64,000 nt of DNA from Tubiluchus corallicola (taxonomy: Eukaryota; Animalia; Priapulida): assembly GCA_030141605.1 (NCBI GenBank), contig JAQGDQ010000407.1, forward strand, positions 1 through 64,000, given 5' to 3'. The notes beneath the pieces are model-generated. The model saw only the letters and a list, made by a program, of their open reading frames with translations, did no database searches and was not told the DNA's origin. Positions 10,652 through 21,956 of the stretch are shown piece after piece; position 1 is the stretch's first letter; the number at the start of each line of letters is the position of its first letter. The translations under genes and the position numbers were made by a program.

Positions 10652-13600
10652 TATATATATATATATATATATTGTAAATTGCTTAAATGAAACTTTTTCC
10701 TACAATGGGTATGAGGAATGGGTCTAACTTTTTTTGCAGTTATGTATTTATAAATTATATCTCACAATATATCACAACATCTCTCAATATTTCTTGAACT
10801 AACTGCCTTCTTTGGAACTCTACTTGCCTTTCTTATAACTTCTACAGCCTAACTAGATTTGCAATATATGTGCTTCAATGGCAACAATTCGTCAATTGTT
10901 CAAAAAATTTTGTTTTTTACAACTTGTTCACATACATTAACACGTTCTTGCTATACTACGTCTTTTTTATACTTTCGTGTTTGTAGCAAAAATTATAAAA
11001 CAACTAGGTTTTAACTAGCCTATTAAATTAAATAATTGACTGTTAATAATTGCATAAAATTTGCATAAAGATTGATATAATATAGGCTTGTGAGACAACA
11101 TTATGTACATACAAGCTCCCAGTATTATAAAAGAGTTTTTTACGCTTTTGCAAAGTTATTTACTTAAACTAAAACCATCAGCGGCCTGAAAACTGACCCC
11201 TGCGGAATCCTGCCTAGAGCTGTCAATTTTCTTAGATGTAACATTTTTATAATAAGCACAATATTTTCTGTCACACAAATAATTCTGTAACAGTTACTTC
11301 TAGCACTATAATACTCTCATGTCTTTATTATTGAATTTTGTTTTGTTCTGTGTCAAAGTTTTCGAGGGATCAATGGAAAGCCAAGTGCAAACTCGTGTTC
11401 TCAACAGCTCTCATAATTTGTTACACAAATGTTATCAATGAACAACACGTGGAAACCCGAACTGATAGTCATAAAGTATATTAAGCTTACTAGAAATCTT
11501 AATAATCTAGAGTATAGAAGTTTTACAAGCACAACAGAAAGCATTTGCAAAATCATACAAGTCAGGTGCTTACGAAATAAGTTCAATACATTGAATCCCT
11601 CCAAACGATAAAAAATTCTCTTCAATTGATTTGTTATACTTAGGTTTTGGCTTAAGAAATCTGACAGAATCAGCTTAAATCGACTTCTTCACCTGTGTTT
11701 CGATTAGACAATTACTAATAGACGCAGTCTAGTAACTTCAGTGTCTAACTCTCGATTTTAAGGTGAACAATAAGGTCAATAATTGTTGATTTTTTCAACA
11801 TTGCATCAAAGATAGCTATGCTCAATTAGTGGATCGCTGTAGTGGATTATGGGGTTGCAGGTCCTATAAATGTTAAGGGGAGTAATTGCTGTACTTGTAA
11901 ATTTTAAAGAAAGTAAGTGAACTAATTAGTTATTACGTTTTGCAAGACTTTTGTTTCAATAAAAATAAACCGAAATGCTCTTTTGGTTGTTTTGTATAAA
12001 GCCTGGAACTACTTCTGTGCACTATCCTTCAGAGAGAATGGACATTACTTGGAGGCTACATTCTTTAAAAACTTATGTAGTCAGGTGTGGAAAATGTACA
12101 CGAAGCCGAATTACAAGATTTGTTTTTTTTGGAAAATTAACTTTCCACTACCAAAAGCCTCAAAATTTGTGTCACAGTTAATGACAACATGCATCATTAA
12201 CAAATGGGAAATGCTACGTCCATTGACAACCTTTAGAAGGCTGTTTTGTTTAATGACATACAATATATACACACTGCCGCCAGTTTTGGGTCTGTTTTCT
12301 GGGGACTATTGCTATTTTCCTGGGGATGTAAACGAGCACGACCCAGAAATCAACGATATAAATGCGTTCAGAAAAAAATGACACCTCCAATGCTCTCTTT
12401 TACTTCTCATTTTCTCTGCGCTGTCGCTTTTTCTCACTTAATCACTTACTATAAAGAAACGTTTCTGCTTATTGACATCTCTTGCCAGGAAGTCTTACGT
12501 TTCGCTTTTGTTTTAGCAATGAGAATGTCAACAAGATACGTTTTTTGCTTTTCATTAAGCGAGTTACTATTAATGGATGGTCCTTCCGAACAACCATCGT
12601 AATCAATGATTGAAAAAACCAAACGGAGCAAAGGATTGCGCGGTGATCAATACACCTGGAGATACTGACGTTGACGTAATAAAGGTGACACAGTGACATT
12701 GCGACAACTCTTCTACAAGCTATAACACTGATTAGGAATGTCACGAATATTCTTACCTAACTCATTGATTATGCTCGTAAAGATAGCAAACGTCTTTACT
12801 ACATCAGCCCTACGCTGAAGTCAAAATTATCATATGATAACAAAATTATGATGTTATGATGTATGATATCAACGCATGATATCAAAATTTGAAAAATACA
12901 GTAGACTACAGGTTCTGCATTATGTAAAACTGTTTGTGGCCTTGCTTTTTTAGCGTAGTAAAAATTCGCAAGAGTTTCTACTAGTGGGTCCGAGAAATAG
13001 GTGGCCTCCGATGACGCAGGCAACACAGAAAACTAATGATGAGAAGCTAGTCAAGTATGAAGTTATTTAATTGACGATAGATTGACTGATTAAGATTGCC
13101 TAATTAAATTTAATTGGTCCGTAACTGAACAGTCTTTCAGTTCCTCAAAATGAACAGCAAAATCAACAATTTTATGTAAAACTTCATCACCAATTGCTGT
13201 TGTTTCCAGTAATTATATTGAGTAATAGTTCTATTTCAAGTAATAGTAATACTCTTATCTTTCAACAGTAAAGGTAATAGTTGCATTAATCAGCATAGTA
13301 ACTGTTTAGTCAGCTTAATTTAAAGTTAAATCTATTAAATCAGCAAAGAAGAGAATAACAATTTAATTTGATTTATACATTAATAATTAAGGTTAATGTT
13401 GCCGACAATAATTTTTAAATCCCTCTAGGCACTTGATAATGGCAGGATGAAACTGTCAAAAAGTTCTGAGTAACTACTGAAAATAGAAGCAATTAATGAT
13501 GAAATATCACGTTGTTGACTTTGTTGTTTATTTTGAATAATTTTGTTACCTCAGTCAGTTGCCTTGAACCTTAAATCATACAGCTAGTTACCAAAATCAT

Positions 13601-15002
13601 CTTTATCAACCAAACGCTAACCCTGACAGCCATTTTAGGTTTCCGGCAGTTGCCTTTAACAGCTTTTTTTTCAACAAAAGATTATCCTTTTTGTGGTTTC
13701 TAAAACAAACTATATAACAGTAATTTAACTGTTTTTCTAGAAAGCGTTTCGCCATGAACATACGACTAAACTACCAACGTCACTTAACTTTGAAATATAA
13801 TTCTAAAATCCTACTCACATTGGACGCCATCTTTCAAATAATTGGCTTTTAATTTTATTGATGTTCCTGGAGTTCTGGGGAGTTATTGGAGTTCTGAACT
13901 GTAGGATTGGTTACAGGAGGTGCTCGTGGTCATTTTGATAATGACAATTTGCAGAAGTCAAATTTTTCTTATCAATCCAAAAGTATCAGAATAAACCAAA
14001 CACCTTCCGTGTCAATTTTTGTATTAGGTGATTCATCTTTATTATCGATCCCACTACCAAAGCCTGTTGACATTTTATAATTAATTCAGCTTCTTTATTA
14101 GCAGAGGTTATTGCTTGCAAATGGTTTTAACGACTCGCTTAAGTAACGTATTCTTCTGTCATATTAGTGAAGCTAGGGTAAATAATCAACTTCATTGATT
14201 TTCGCTTTGAATTCACTTCAGTTTCGTTGCTTTCGCCAACGCACTTCCCCCTTTTGATAATTACTCTCTCTCTCTCTCTAATTTAATTGCTAAGCTCACT
14301 AATTAACTGACTTTCAGAAAATCTCTAACCGACTCTCTAGCGGTCACACGTGCTACTGTTAGAGTGTGAATAATTGCATTGGCACCTGAAATCTGCTTTA
14401 TGTAATCTGTCACATTAGTTAAAGTGACGCCTGAGCTGAAAGCAGCTCTTAACCACTTGAAGAAAAAGCTAAAAGTTTTCAACGTATGGCTGAGATAATA
14501 AATATTATATGTTCTATAAATTCAACGGGTTTTTCCTGTGTTGTGAAGCGAGACGGTTGGCATGTCGGTGTTAATAACATAATAAAACTCAATAACCTAC
14601 GTTTTAGCGAAGACGTTCAATGTAAATACCACAGTCGTACCTGCTATCAGTATCGCACATCGTAGTCACGACAATGAAGGCTTTCGAAAATAATTTATTA
14701 CGTCATCTGATAACTGCAGTAAAATTGAAGATAACTAGTAAATTTTTATCAGAAATGTATGACTAAAATTTCTAAAGATAGTAACTAAATGCTCACGACT
14801 AGAAAAATTCTTGTATCTTGCAAGCAAAAGGATGAGTGGGTAATTACCAGCGAAACTGCGTCTGGTGCCTACGTCAGCTGTGCCTCCATCTGTTCATATT
14901 CTTGTTGAAGGAAGCCCTAGATAGATCTGACAATGACCAAAACATCTGATTTTAGAGCATTGCCTTGCACAATCTATCTGTTCTAGAATGTAGATCAGAT
15001 GT

Positions 15003-15502
15003 ATTAGATTGCATTGGATTGAATTGGATTGGACTGGATTGGATTGCATTGGATTGTATCGGATCAGATTGGACTGGACTAGATTGGACTGGACTGGACT
15101 GGGCTGGACTGGACTGGACTGGACTGGACTGGACTGGACTGAACTGCTGGACTGGACTGGACTGGACTGGACTGGACTGGACTGGACTGGACTGGACTGA
15201 ACTGCTGGACTGGACTGGACTGGACTGGACTGGACTGGACTGGATTGGACTAGACTGAATGGAACTGGATTGGGCTGGATTAAATTAGATTCTGTTAGGT
15301 TAGATTGGATTAGGTTAGGCTACATTGGCCTGGATTGGACTGGAGTGGATTGGATTGGATTATACCAGATTTGGTTGAATTGTGTTAGACTAGATTAGAT
15401 TAAGTTAGGCTAGGTTAGGTTAGTTAGGTAGGTTATGCTAAATCAGTATAGATTATATCAGACTCAGGCTAAATTGTATTGTATTGTATTGTATTGTATT
15501 GT
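15003..15502. repeat. Compound pentanucleotide array (GGATT/GGACT/GGTTA/GTATT), left half of the LTR target site
   Basis: 5-bp periodicity is kept while the unit sequence drifts. Confidence 0.9.
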
Positions 15503-16680
15503 TGTGACGCCATGTCTATAGGTTACGTACTCTGAGTCTCAATGTCTTGAAAAGCAGGCACGACCGCCCTATAAACGAGGTGTAACACGTGGTTCTGGGG
15601 TTCTATAGTGTTAGATAATTTACTATTAGAATCCTGGAGTCGGGCTAAGGCATTGTTGTTTCATACGGGGGCACGCGGAACCCGAGCCTAGGAGTCTTAA
15701 TTAGCTAGTAATATTCGATGGTAGATAGAATACCAAACCAACTATTAAGCTGTATATAACAAAATTTAATTGATTACTACTTTAACCCGGAGAAAAGAAA
15801 TAGTTAACAATAACAATTAATCACAGTACAGCAAATATATTCTCTAGACTAATAATAGAGAAGGGAGGTGTTAGTGGGGGTAGCACGTGCAAATGATGAC
15901 GCACTCTCGATGACGGCAATCCAACGATGACCATATAGAAACGGAATTATGCTAGCTAGCAAACGCTGAGCAAAAGTACAAAAGCCTTGTCTTACCAGAC
16001 ACTCCATGAACATTGTGTGAAACGGCAGCTGCTAACCTGTGGGGTAACATCCATGGATTTACCACTATGGTTTGCTCCACCAACAATGGACTGTCCACCA
16101 TAAACTTTAGCGCAGGTTTTCACGACTCCTCGGATAATGACGGTAACGGTAGCCACCTCATCAAACCAAAACAACGTACTCAACATAGACCCGTTAGCAC
16201 TGTAAGCAATGGCTGTTGACAAAAGAAATAGTGACGTCTACTGCACTATAACACCGACGATGCTAATCGACATTTTTGACTGTCTTTTCACAGACATGTG
16301 AAAATCAGACGATGGTCATTTTACGTGACCTAGGCCTTTCAACAACGGCCGACTGACTGCCAGGTTGCACGTCTCAGACTATAGCTGTAACGTATGTATC
16401 ATGTACACTTCATACCTGTACGGGTTTCACACATTTGAAATAAGCCGCGAGTATTGCAGGTATTGCAGAACACAACCACCTGACGAGGGGGGTGTTAGTA
16501 GGACTCCTACACTACTACACTAATTACGCTAACAATACAGTACTACTATAGTGACTAATTTAATGTAAGCAAATTACACTAGCAAGTGCTACCGCTATCA
16601 CTATAAAGAACTTGACTGTGAAATGAAAAGGTGACAAACAAGTAAACAAAAATATCGTAAATAATAGATGGTTTGTCACA
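15503..16680 (-). repeat. 3' LTR (1178 bp)
   Basis: Matches 22546-23723 at offset 7043. Only two differences seen by eye (15985 C / 23028 T; 16480 C / 23523 A). Confidence 0.97.
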
Positions 16681-16691
16681 GATCCCCCCAC
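16681..16691 (-). promoter_or_regulatory. Polypurine tract
   Basis: Minus strand GTGGGGGGATC directly before the TGT of the 3' LTR. Confidence 0.8.
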
Positions 16692-17092
16692 AACTGAAAA
16701 AGTGTGGACGAATGTTTAAAGAACAGAATCCCACTTTTAAAATTATTGAACAGTCAATTTTAACTACCAACCATTACAATGGTGAAAATTAGCAAGTAAC
16801 GACTGTTACTAACTGAATACAAAGTTTTACTAAATAATACAGTCACACAAAAATGGCATATCAAAACTTAAATGGATCTTCAACACACTTGTAAAAGAAC
16901 ATTTTACACAAACTAAAGCACACTGGATATTTGATTTAAAATAATGAAAAGAATACAACATTTGAAGAATACTATCATTCACATTCAGAGATGTTGTCAC
17001 ACATGATTGCATAAAATAAAATGCTTTAAACAACAAGGTCATTTAGGAAGAAATCACATTCCTATCTTATTTTCATCTAAGGCAACTTGAAC

Positions 17093-20000
17093 TTAGTGCC
17101 TACTCAGTGCGTCTGCACAATAATTTGTTTTTCCTTTGATATGCACTACAGTGAAAGTGTATTCTTGTAGCAGTAAATTCCATCTGGCTATTCGCCTATT
17201 GGCATTTTTCATCTGCTTTAAGTAAGCTAATGATTGTGCATCTGTGCGAATCACAAACTGCCTACCTACAAGATAGTACGACGATTTCTCAATAGAGAAA
17301 ATTATAGCCAAAAGTTCTTTTTCTACTGTTGAGTAGTTACATTCATATTTGGTTAGCTTCCTACTCAAATAAGTGATTGGAACCTCTTGTCTATCATCAG
17401 ACATTTGTGTAAGTTGGCCGCCTATTCCTGTTGCACTAGCATCCGTTGTCAAGAAAAAAGTCTTATCAAAATCTGGTGCATGTAACACTGTATTTGAGTT
17501 TAATGCATCTTTGAGTGTAGTAAAGCTCTGCTCACACTCTGCATTCCATAGTACAATGTTTGGTTTGTCTTTTTCTGTCAAAGTATGTAATGGTGTTGCT
17601 ATTGCAGAAAAATTAGGAATAAAACGCCTATAGAAACCTACGAAACCCAAAAATGACCTGACCTGTTTTTTAGTTTCTGGTCTTTTATAGTTCTGAATAG
17701 CGAGGATTTTCTCTGGCTGAGGTTTCAAAAGATTTCTGCCAACAACATAGCCTAAGAAATGAGTTTCTTGGAGTGCGAAATTACACTTGAGTGGTTTGAT
17801 TGTCAAACCTGCATTAGACAGACAAGTAAGAACTAGCTCGATATGATAGAGATGATCTTGCCAAGAACGACTGAAAATGATAACATCGTCTATGTAACCA
17901 GAAGCAAAACCAATTACTGGTTCTAAAACACGATCTACCAGACATTGAGCTGTTGCTGCAGAATTACACAACCCAAAGGGCATAACTTGAAACTCATGTT
18001 TACCAAACTCTGTTACAAATGCCGTGATTGGCCTCGAATTTTCCTCAAGATTAACCTGCCAGTAATATTTTGTCATGTCCAAGCAAGTAATGAACATTGC
18101 TCCATGCAATTGATCAACTGTTTCATCCATCCTGGGGATAGGATAAGGATCAAAAACTGTAATTGAATTAATTTTCCTAAAATCAATACAAAATCGAATC
18201 GATTGATCACGTTTGATCACAATGACTGCAGGACTTGAAAAAGGACTATCTGACTTGACTATTACACCCAGCCTTTCCATGTCCATGATTTCTTGCCTCA
18301 CACTTTCCTTTTGCGCCTGAGGAATTCTGTATGGCTTCTGCACAACAGGATTGTCAGTAGTTAACTGTATTTTATGTTCTACGACGTTTGTCCTACCAGG
18401 AATGTCAGAAAAGGTTGGTGTAAACTTCTCCAGAGTAGTTCGTAATTCATTCTTCTGCTTATCTGTTAAGTAATCAGGGATTACTACATCTTCCACAGTT
18501 TGTGCAGGTGTAATAGAGGTAGGTGCAAAACAGTGGTCTTCCATTTGTGACCGTTGCATTGGTGACACACTTTCATGCTCAGGATCTAATTCCAATTCAT
18601 CTTGACCAGTAAATACGTCAAGTGTGGGAATTGTTTGCGTATAAAGGGCTTTTCTTTCTTCACGCGGTATCCAAGCTTTGAGCAAATTAATATGGAATTG
18701 CTTGACCTGTCTGCTTTTACCTCCAATGATAACGGAGTACACATGTTCTGAGATTTTATCAGAAATCTCATACGGGCCTTTCCAGGTTCGTTCCATCTTT
18801 TTACGAGATGTAGGCAATAAGACTAATACCTTCTGTCCTACTTCAAGATTTCGGTACCTAGCTTTCTGGTCATACCAGTCTTTTTGTCCGATTTTAGCTT
18901 TTCTCAAAGCTTCGTGTGCCTCCTGAGTTACCGTTTCTAATTTATCAATGATATTGGCAACATAATCATCAATGTCTTGGGGACTAGTAGGTTGGTCACA
19001 ACCCCAACGTTTCCGAAGAAGAGCCATTGGACCAGTTACTTGGTGTCCATAAACCAACTCAAATGGGCTGTACCGCAGGGATTCTTGTGGTACCTCACGG
19101 TAAGCAAACAAAACAAATGGGATCAGATCATCCCATTCCATGGTTTTGTCACTCAGGGTAAGCTTTTTAATGGATCTTTTTAGACTTCCATTGAATCGCT
19201 CACATAAGCCTTGAGATTGAGGATTATATGGAGTAGATGTAATCCCTTTGATGTGGAAAGCTTGTTCTAGTTGCCTTATGAGATTAGAACAAAATTGGGT
19301 GCCTTGGTCTGACTGGATTGACTCTGGGCATCCATGTCTACTAATAAATTGGAGTAAGCACTTGGCTATAGTCTCTGACTCAGTATTTTTGATAGGGAAA
19401 GCATCAGGGTATCTGGTACCTTGATCCACAATTACCAGTGCCCACTTATTGCCACTCTTGGTTCTAGCCAGTGGACCAATAAGGTCAATTTGGAGGGACT
19501 GAAAAGCTTTTTCCACTACTGGAAGAGGTTTGAGCTTGGCTCTGTCTCCTTTCATGACTCTTGCTGTCTTTTGACATATTGGGCAGGATTGTATATACTT
19601 TTTAATGGCAGTGTGTATTCCTGGCCAAGTATATTCGAACAATATCCTATCCCTTGTTTTCTTGACACCTAGATGAGCTCCAGCCTTTGAATCATGGGCT
19701 AGTTGTAGGACTTGCTGCCTTCTACACTGAGGAACAACAAGCAACTGATCAACTGTTTTCCCCATTTTTCGTTTATTAGCCCGATAAAGTATGCCTTGCT
19801 TTAGAAAATATCCTTTGCCATCTTGCACCGCAGTGTCTTCACTCACCACATGATCAAAAAGATTTTTTATGGTTACATCATTTTGCTGTTCTTCTATCAG
19901 CTGGTGTCGAGACACTATGGCAAACATGTAGTTTTCCTCTGGTGATGCATACTGCTTAATTTCGGAAGAAAATTCAGTTTTTGACTTTTCACTACCAGTT

Positions 20001-20542
20001 TCTTTGCTTAGTTGCTTTTTAAGCTCAACTGTTTGCGCTCGTGTCATAACCAATGACTTTTCTTTCTGATTTCTTTGAAAACTGTTATTTAGTGCTCGAC
20101 CTTTATAATCAGTCAAGGCATTACTACTTGGTTTCTGTACATCTTTGCCAAATTTAACAAAAGAAGGTACATGAGAAGTCTCATCCATACTACTAACATT
20201 CATATGATGTTTCTCAGGAGCAACTTGTGCAGGTTGAGAAGTACTCTTTACATAATCAAATGGTTGTATGGATGTCAGGTAATTATTACCTAAACAAAAG
20301 TCGCAAGGGAGTCCTTTAATAACTGCTACCAGGAGCCAACCGTTCAGTTTCTGACTACAAACAGGGACCCTAGCTAGAGGTATACGACGAAGGTCGCCAT
20401 GACAACAGCGAATTCCAACAGTTTCTCCAAGATACTGTTCATTTTTTACAAATTCAGGACGTATAAGGCTATCGTCTGAGCCAGTATCCCGTAAACCTAC
20501 TGCTATTTGACTGTTGATCATAACCTCAAACTCGTGATTTTC
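17093..20542 (-). CDS. pol: Pol polyprotein: aspartic protease, integrase (H2C2 + DDE core + GPY/F), reverse transcriptase, RNase H
   Basis: PR: LRDTGS. IN: AHD..AHLG..CPICQK, QIDLIGP, SDQGTQF, PQSQGLCERFN, WKGPY. RT: RFCIDFRKIN, MPFGLCNS, YIDD. RH: TDAS, EKELLAI, ADALSR. The frame is open from just after the gag TAA (20542). Confidence 0.95.
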   Translation of the reverse strand, partial: ENHEFEVMINSQIAVGLRDTGSDDSLIRPEFVKNEQYLGETVGIRCCHGDLRRIPLARVPVCSQKLNGWLLVAVIKGLPCDFCLGNNYLTSIQPFDYVKSTSQPAQVAPEKHHMNVSSMDETSHVPSFVKFGKDVQKPSSNALTDYKGRALNNSFQRNQKEKSLVMTRAQTVELKKQLSKETGSEKSKTEFSSEIKQYASPEENYMFAIVSRHQLIEEQQNDVTIKNLFDHVVSEDTAVQDGKGYFLKQGILYRANKRKMGKTVDQLLVVPQCRRQQVLQLAHDSKAGAHLGVKKTRDRILFEYTWPGIHTAIKKYIQSCPICQKTARVMKGDRAKLKPLPVVEKAFQSLQIDLIGPLARTKSGNKWALVIVDQGTRYPDAFPIKNTESETIAKCLLQFISRHGCPESIQSDQGTQFCSNLIRQLEQAFHIKGITSTPYNPQSQGLCERFNGSLKRSIKKLTLSDKTMEWDDLIPFVLFAYREVPQESLRYSPFELVYGHQVTGPMALLRKRWGCDQPTSPQDIDDYVANIIDKLETVTQEAHEALRKAKIGQKDWYDQKARYRNLEVGQKVLVLLPTSRKKMERTWKGPYEISDKISEHVYSVIIGGKSRQVKQFHINLLKAWIPREERKALYTQTIPTLDVFTGQDELELDPEHESVSPMQRSQMEDHCFAPTSITPAQTVEDVVIPDYLTDKQKNELRTTLEKFTPTFSDIPGRTNVVEHKIQLTTDNPVVQKPYRIPQAQKESVRQEIMDMERLGVIVKSDSPFSSPAVIVIKRDQSIRFCIDFRKINSITVFDPYPIPRMDETVDQLHGAMFITCLDMTKYYWQVNLEENSRPITAFVTEFGKHEFQVMPFGLCNSAATAQCLVDRVLEPVIGFASGYIDDVIIFSRSWQDHLYHIELVLTCLSNAGLTIKPLKCNFALQETHFLGYVVGRNLLKPQPEKILAIQNYKRPETKKQVRSFLGFVGFYRRFIPNFSAIATPLHTLTEKDKPNIVLWNAECEQSFTTLKDALNSNTVLHAPDFDKTFFLTTDASATGIGGQLTQMSDDRQEVPITYLSRKLTKYECNYSTVEKELLAIIFSIEKSSYYLVGRQFVIRTDAQSLAYLKQMKNANRRIARWNLLLQEYTFTVVHIKGKTNYCADALSRH

Positions 20543-21956
20543 TTACAATGCTCCATCTTGAGTATTTGAAGGTGTGAAATTTGGAGTAATGGTTCCATCA
20601 CTTTCGTTTTCACTATAGCATTGTTTCTTGAAATCACCTCTAGGTTTTTGCTTCTTGTTTGAGTCATTTTGAAAAGCTTGTGTGGACTCTTGCTTTTTCA
20701 CTGGGCAGTCGAGCTTCACATGCCCTGTTTTCCCACAATGGTAACATTTAGGGCGAGCATTGCCCTGTGATTCATGATCCGAATCATTGTTTTTAGCATT
20801 GCCACGTGTCCTTTTAGATGACTCATTTTTCTGCAAAAGTGCTGCATCATTAAATGAGCTCCAATAGTTGTCTGCTTGCTCCGCTATTTCTAAGTATGAC
20901 ATGTGAGGTAGCCTACGAAGGTAAGAAACCATGCCTTCTGGGAGCTTAGACAATGCTTGTTCAAGGAAGAAGAGGTCTCCAATTTGCTCTTTGGATTCTG
21001 CATTCGCTGTTTTAAGCCATTGCATGCCCGCTTTACACACTCTGTTAAAGTAACTTCTGTGCGTTTCCTTTTTCAGTTTAAATATGTTTCTGAATGCCGT
21101 GCGATATGCATCCTTCGACAATTTGTATGCATTCAAAATTTGCACCTTAACAACATCATAATTGAATATTTGAGACTGATCAACATCTTGCAAAGCTAAG
21201 GCTGCACGACCCGACAGAACTCTAGCCAAGTTAGGAACATACTGCGCAATTGGGACTTTGTTGACTCGCATACAGATTTCGAATTGATCTAATGTTGACT
21301 CGCATACAGATTTCGAATTGATCTAAAAACGACAAAATGTCTTCTGTTTTTTCATCAAAATTTCTGAATTTGATTATTGTGCTTTTGTCTTGTGTAGCAT
21401 TTACTGTTGTTTGCAAATTGTTTACTACATTAGACGTCGTCTGCATTTGTAACTTCAGTTTTTCCAGCTCAATTTTTTGTGTTTCTAAAATCAGCTGTTG
21501 GTGTTTAATTTTTAGTTCCTGTTCTGATAATTTAATATCAGGCTGCGCATGCGCATACATAGGCATTTGACCAGGTTCTTGAACTGCAAATGGATCCAAT
21601 TCAGGCAAAGTAGGGGGTGCAGTTGATACAGTAGGTGAGCTAAAAGCCTTAAATTCTTTATTTGGGGCCGCTTTAGGAGTAGAACTTGCAACATCAGCCC
21701 TATCAAATTCTATTTGACCTGCAACACCTGTCGCTGCATTTGCTGGCTTTGCTGAATTTAATAATGATTGCATATTTGACAGAGCAAAATCAAGTGGATC
21801 TGAAATCGAAATCTGTTGTGTTTCAAGAATTAATTGCACAATGTTTTCTTTTCTGGCTTTTGGGTCTATAACCAAACCCATGTCACCTGCTATGTCAAAT
21901 AATTCACCTTTGATCATTTTACGCAACTCTTCAGCTGTAAAAAGTTTACTAGCCAT
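20543..21956 (-). pseudogene. gag: Gag, frameshifted by a 34-bp tandem duplication; about 459 aa when repaired
   Basis: ATG in good context at 21956. Coiled-coil, SCAN-like segment (YRTAFR...ETHRSYFNRV...QWL...DLFFLEQALSKLP...AEQADNY) and knuckle CYHCGKTGHVKLDC. 21259-21292 is identical to 21293-21326. Confidence 0.9.

Noticed and set aside
10750-14250. Possibly decayed coding or transposase sequence (short ORFs at 11401-13026)
   Set aside because: All frames I translated have frequent stops and no motif I can assign with confidence. tBLASTx against TE proteins would be needed.
15290-15435. (TTAGG)n arthropod-type interstitial telomere
   Set aside because: Few and imperfect units within a drifting pentanucleotide array; not diagnostic.
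15992-16222. 68- and 76-aa ORFs inside both LTRs (also 23035-23265)
   Set aside because: Non-ATG starts and no recognisable motif. They appear twice only because the LTR is duplicated.
16692-17092. Possible env or extra ORF between pol and the 3' LTR
   Set aside because: Only about 400 bp, AT-rich, and the longest ORF is 70 aa with no env features.
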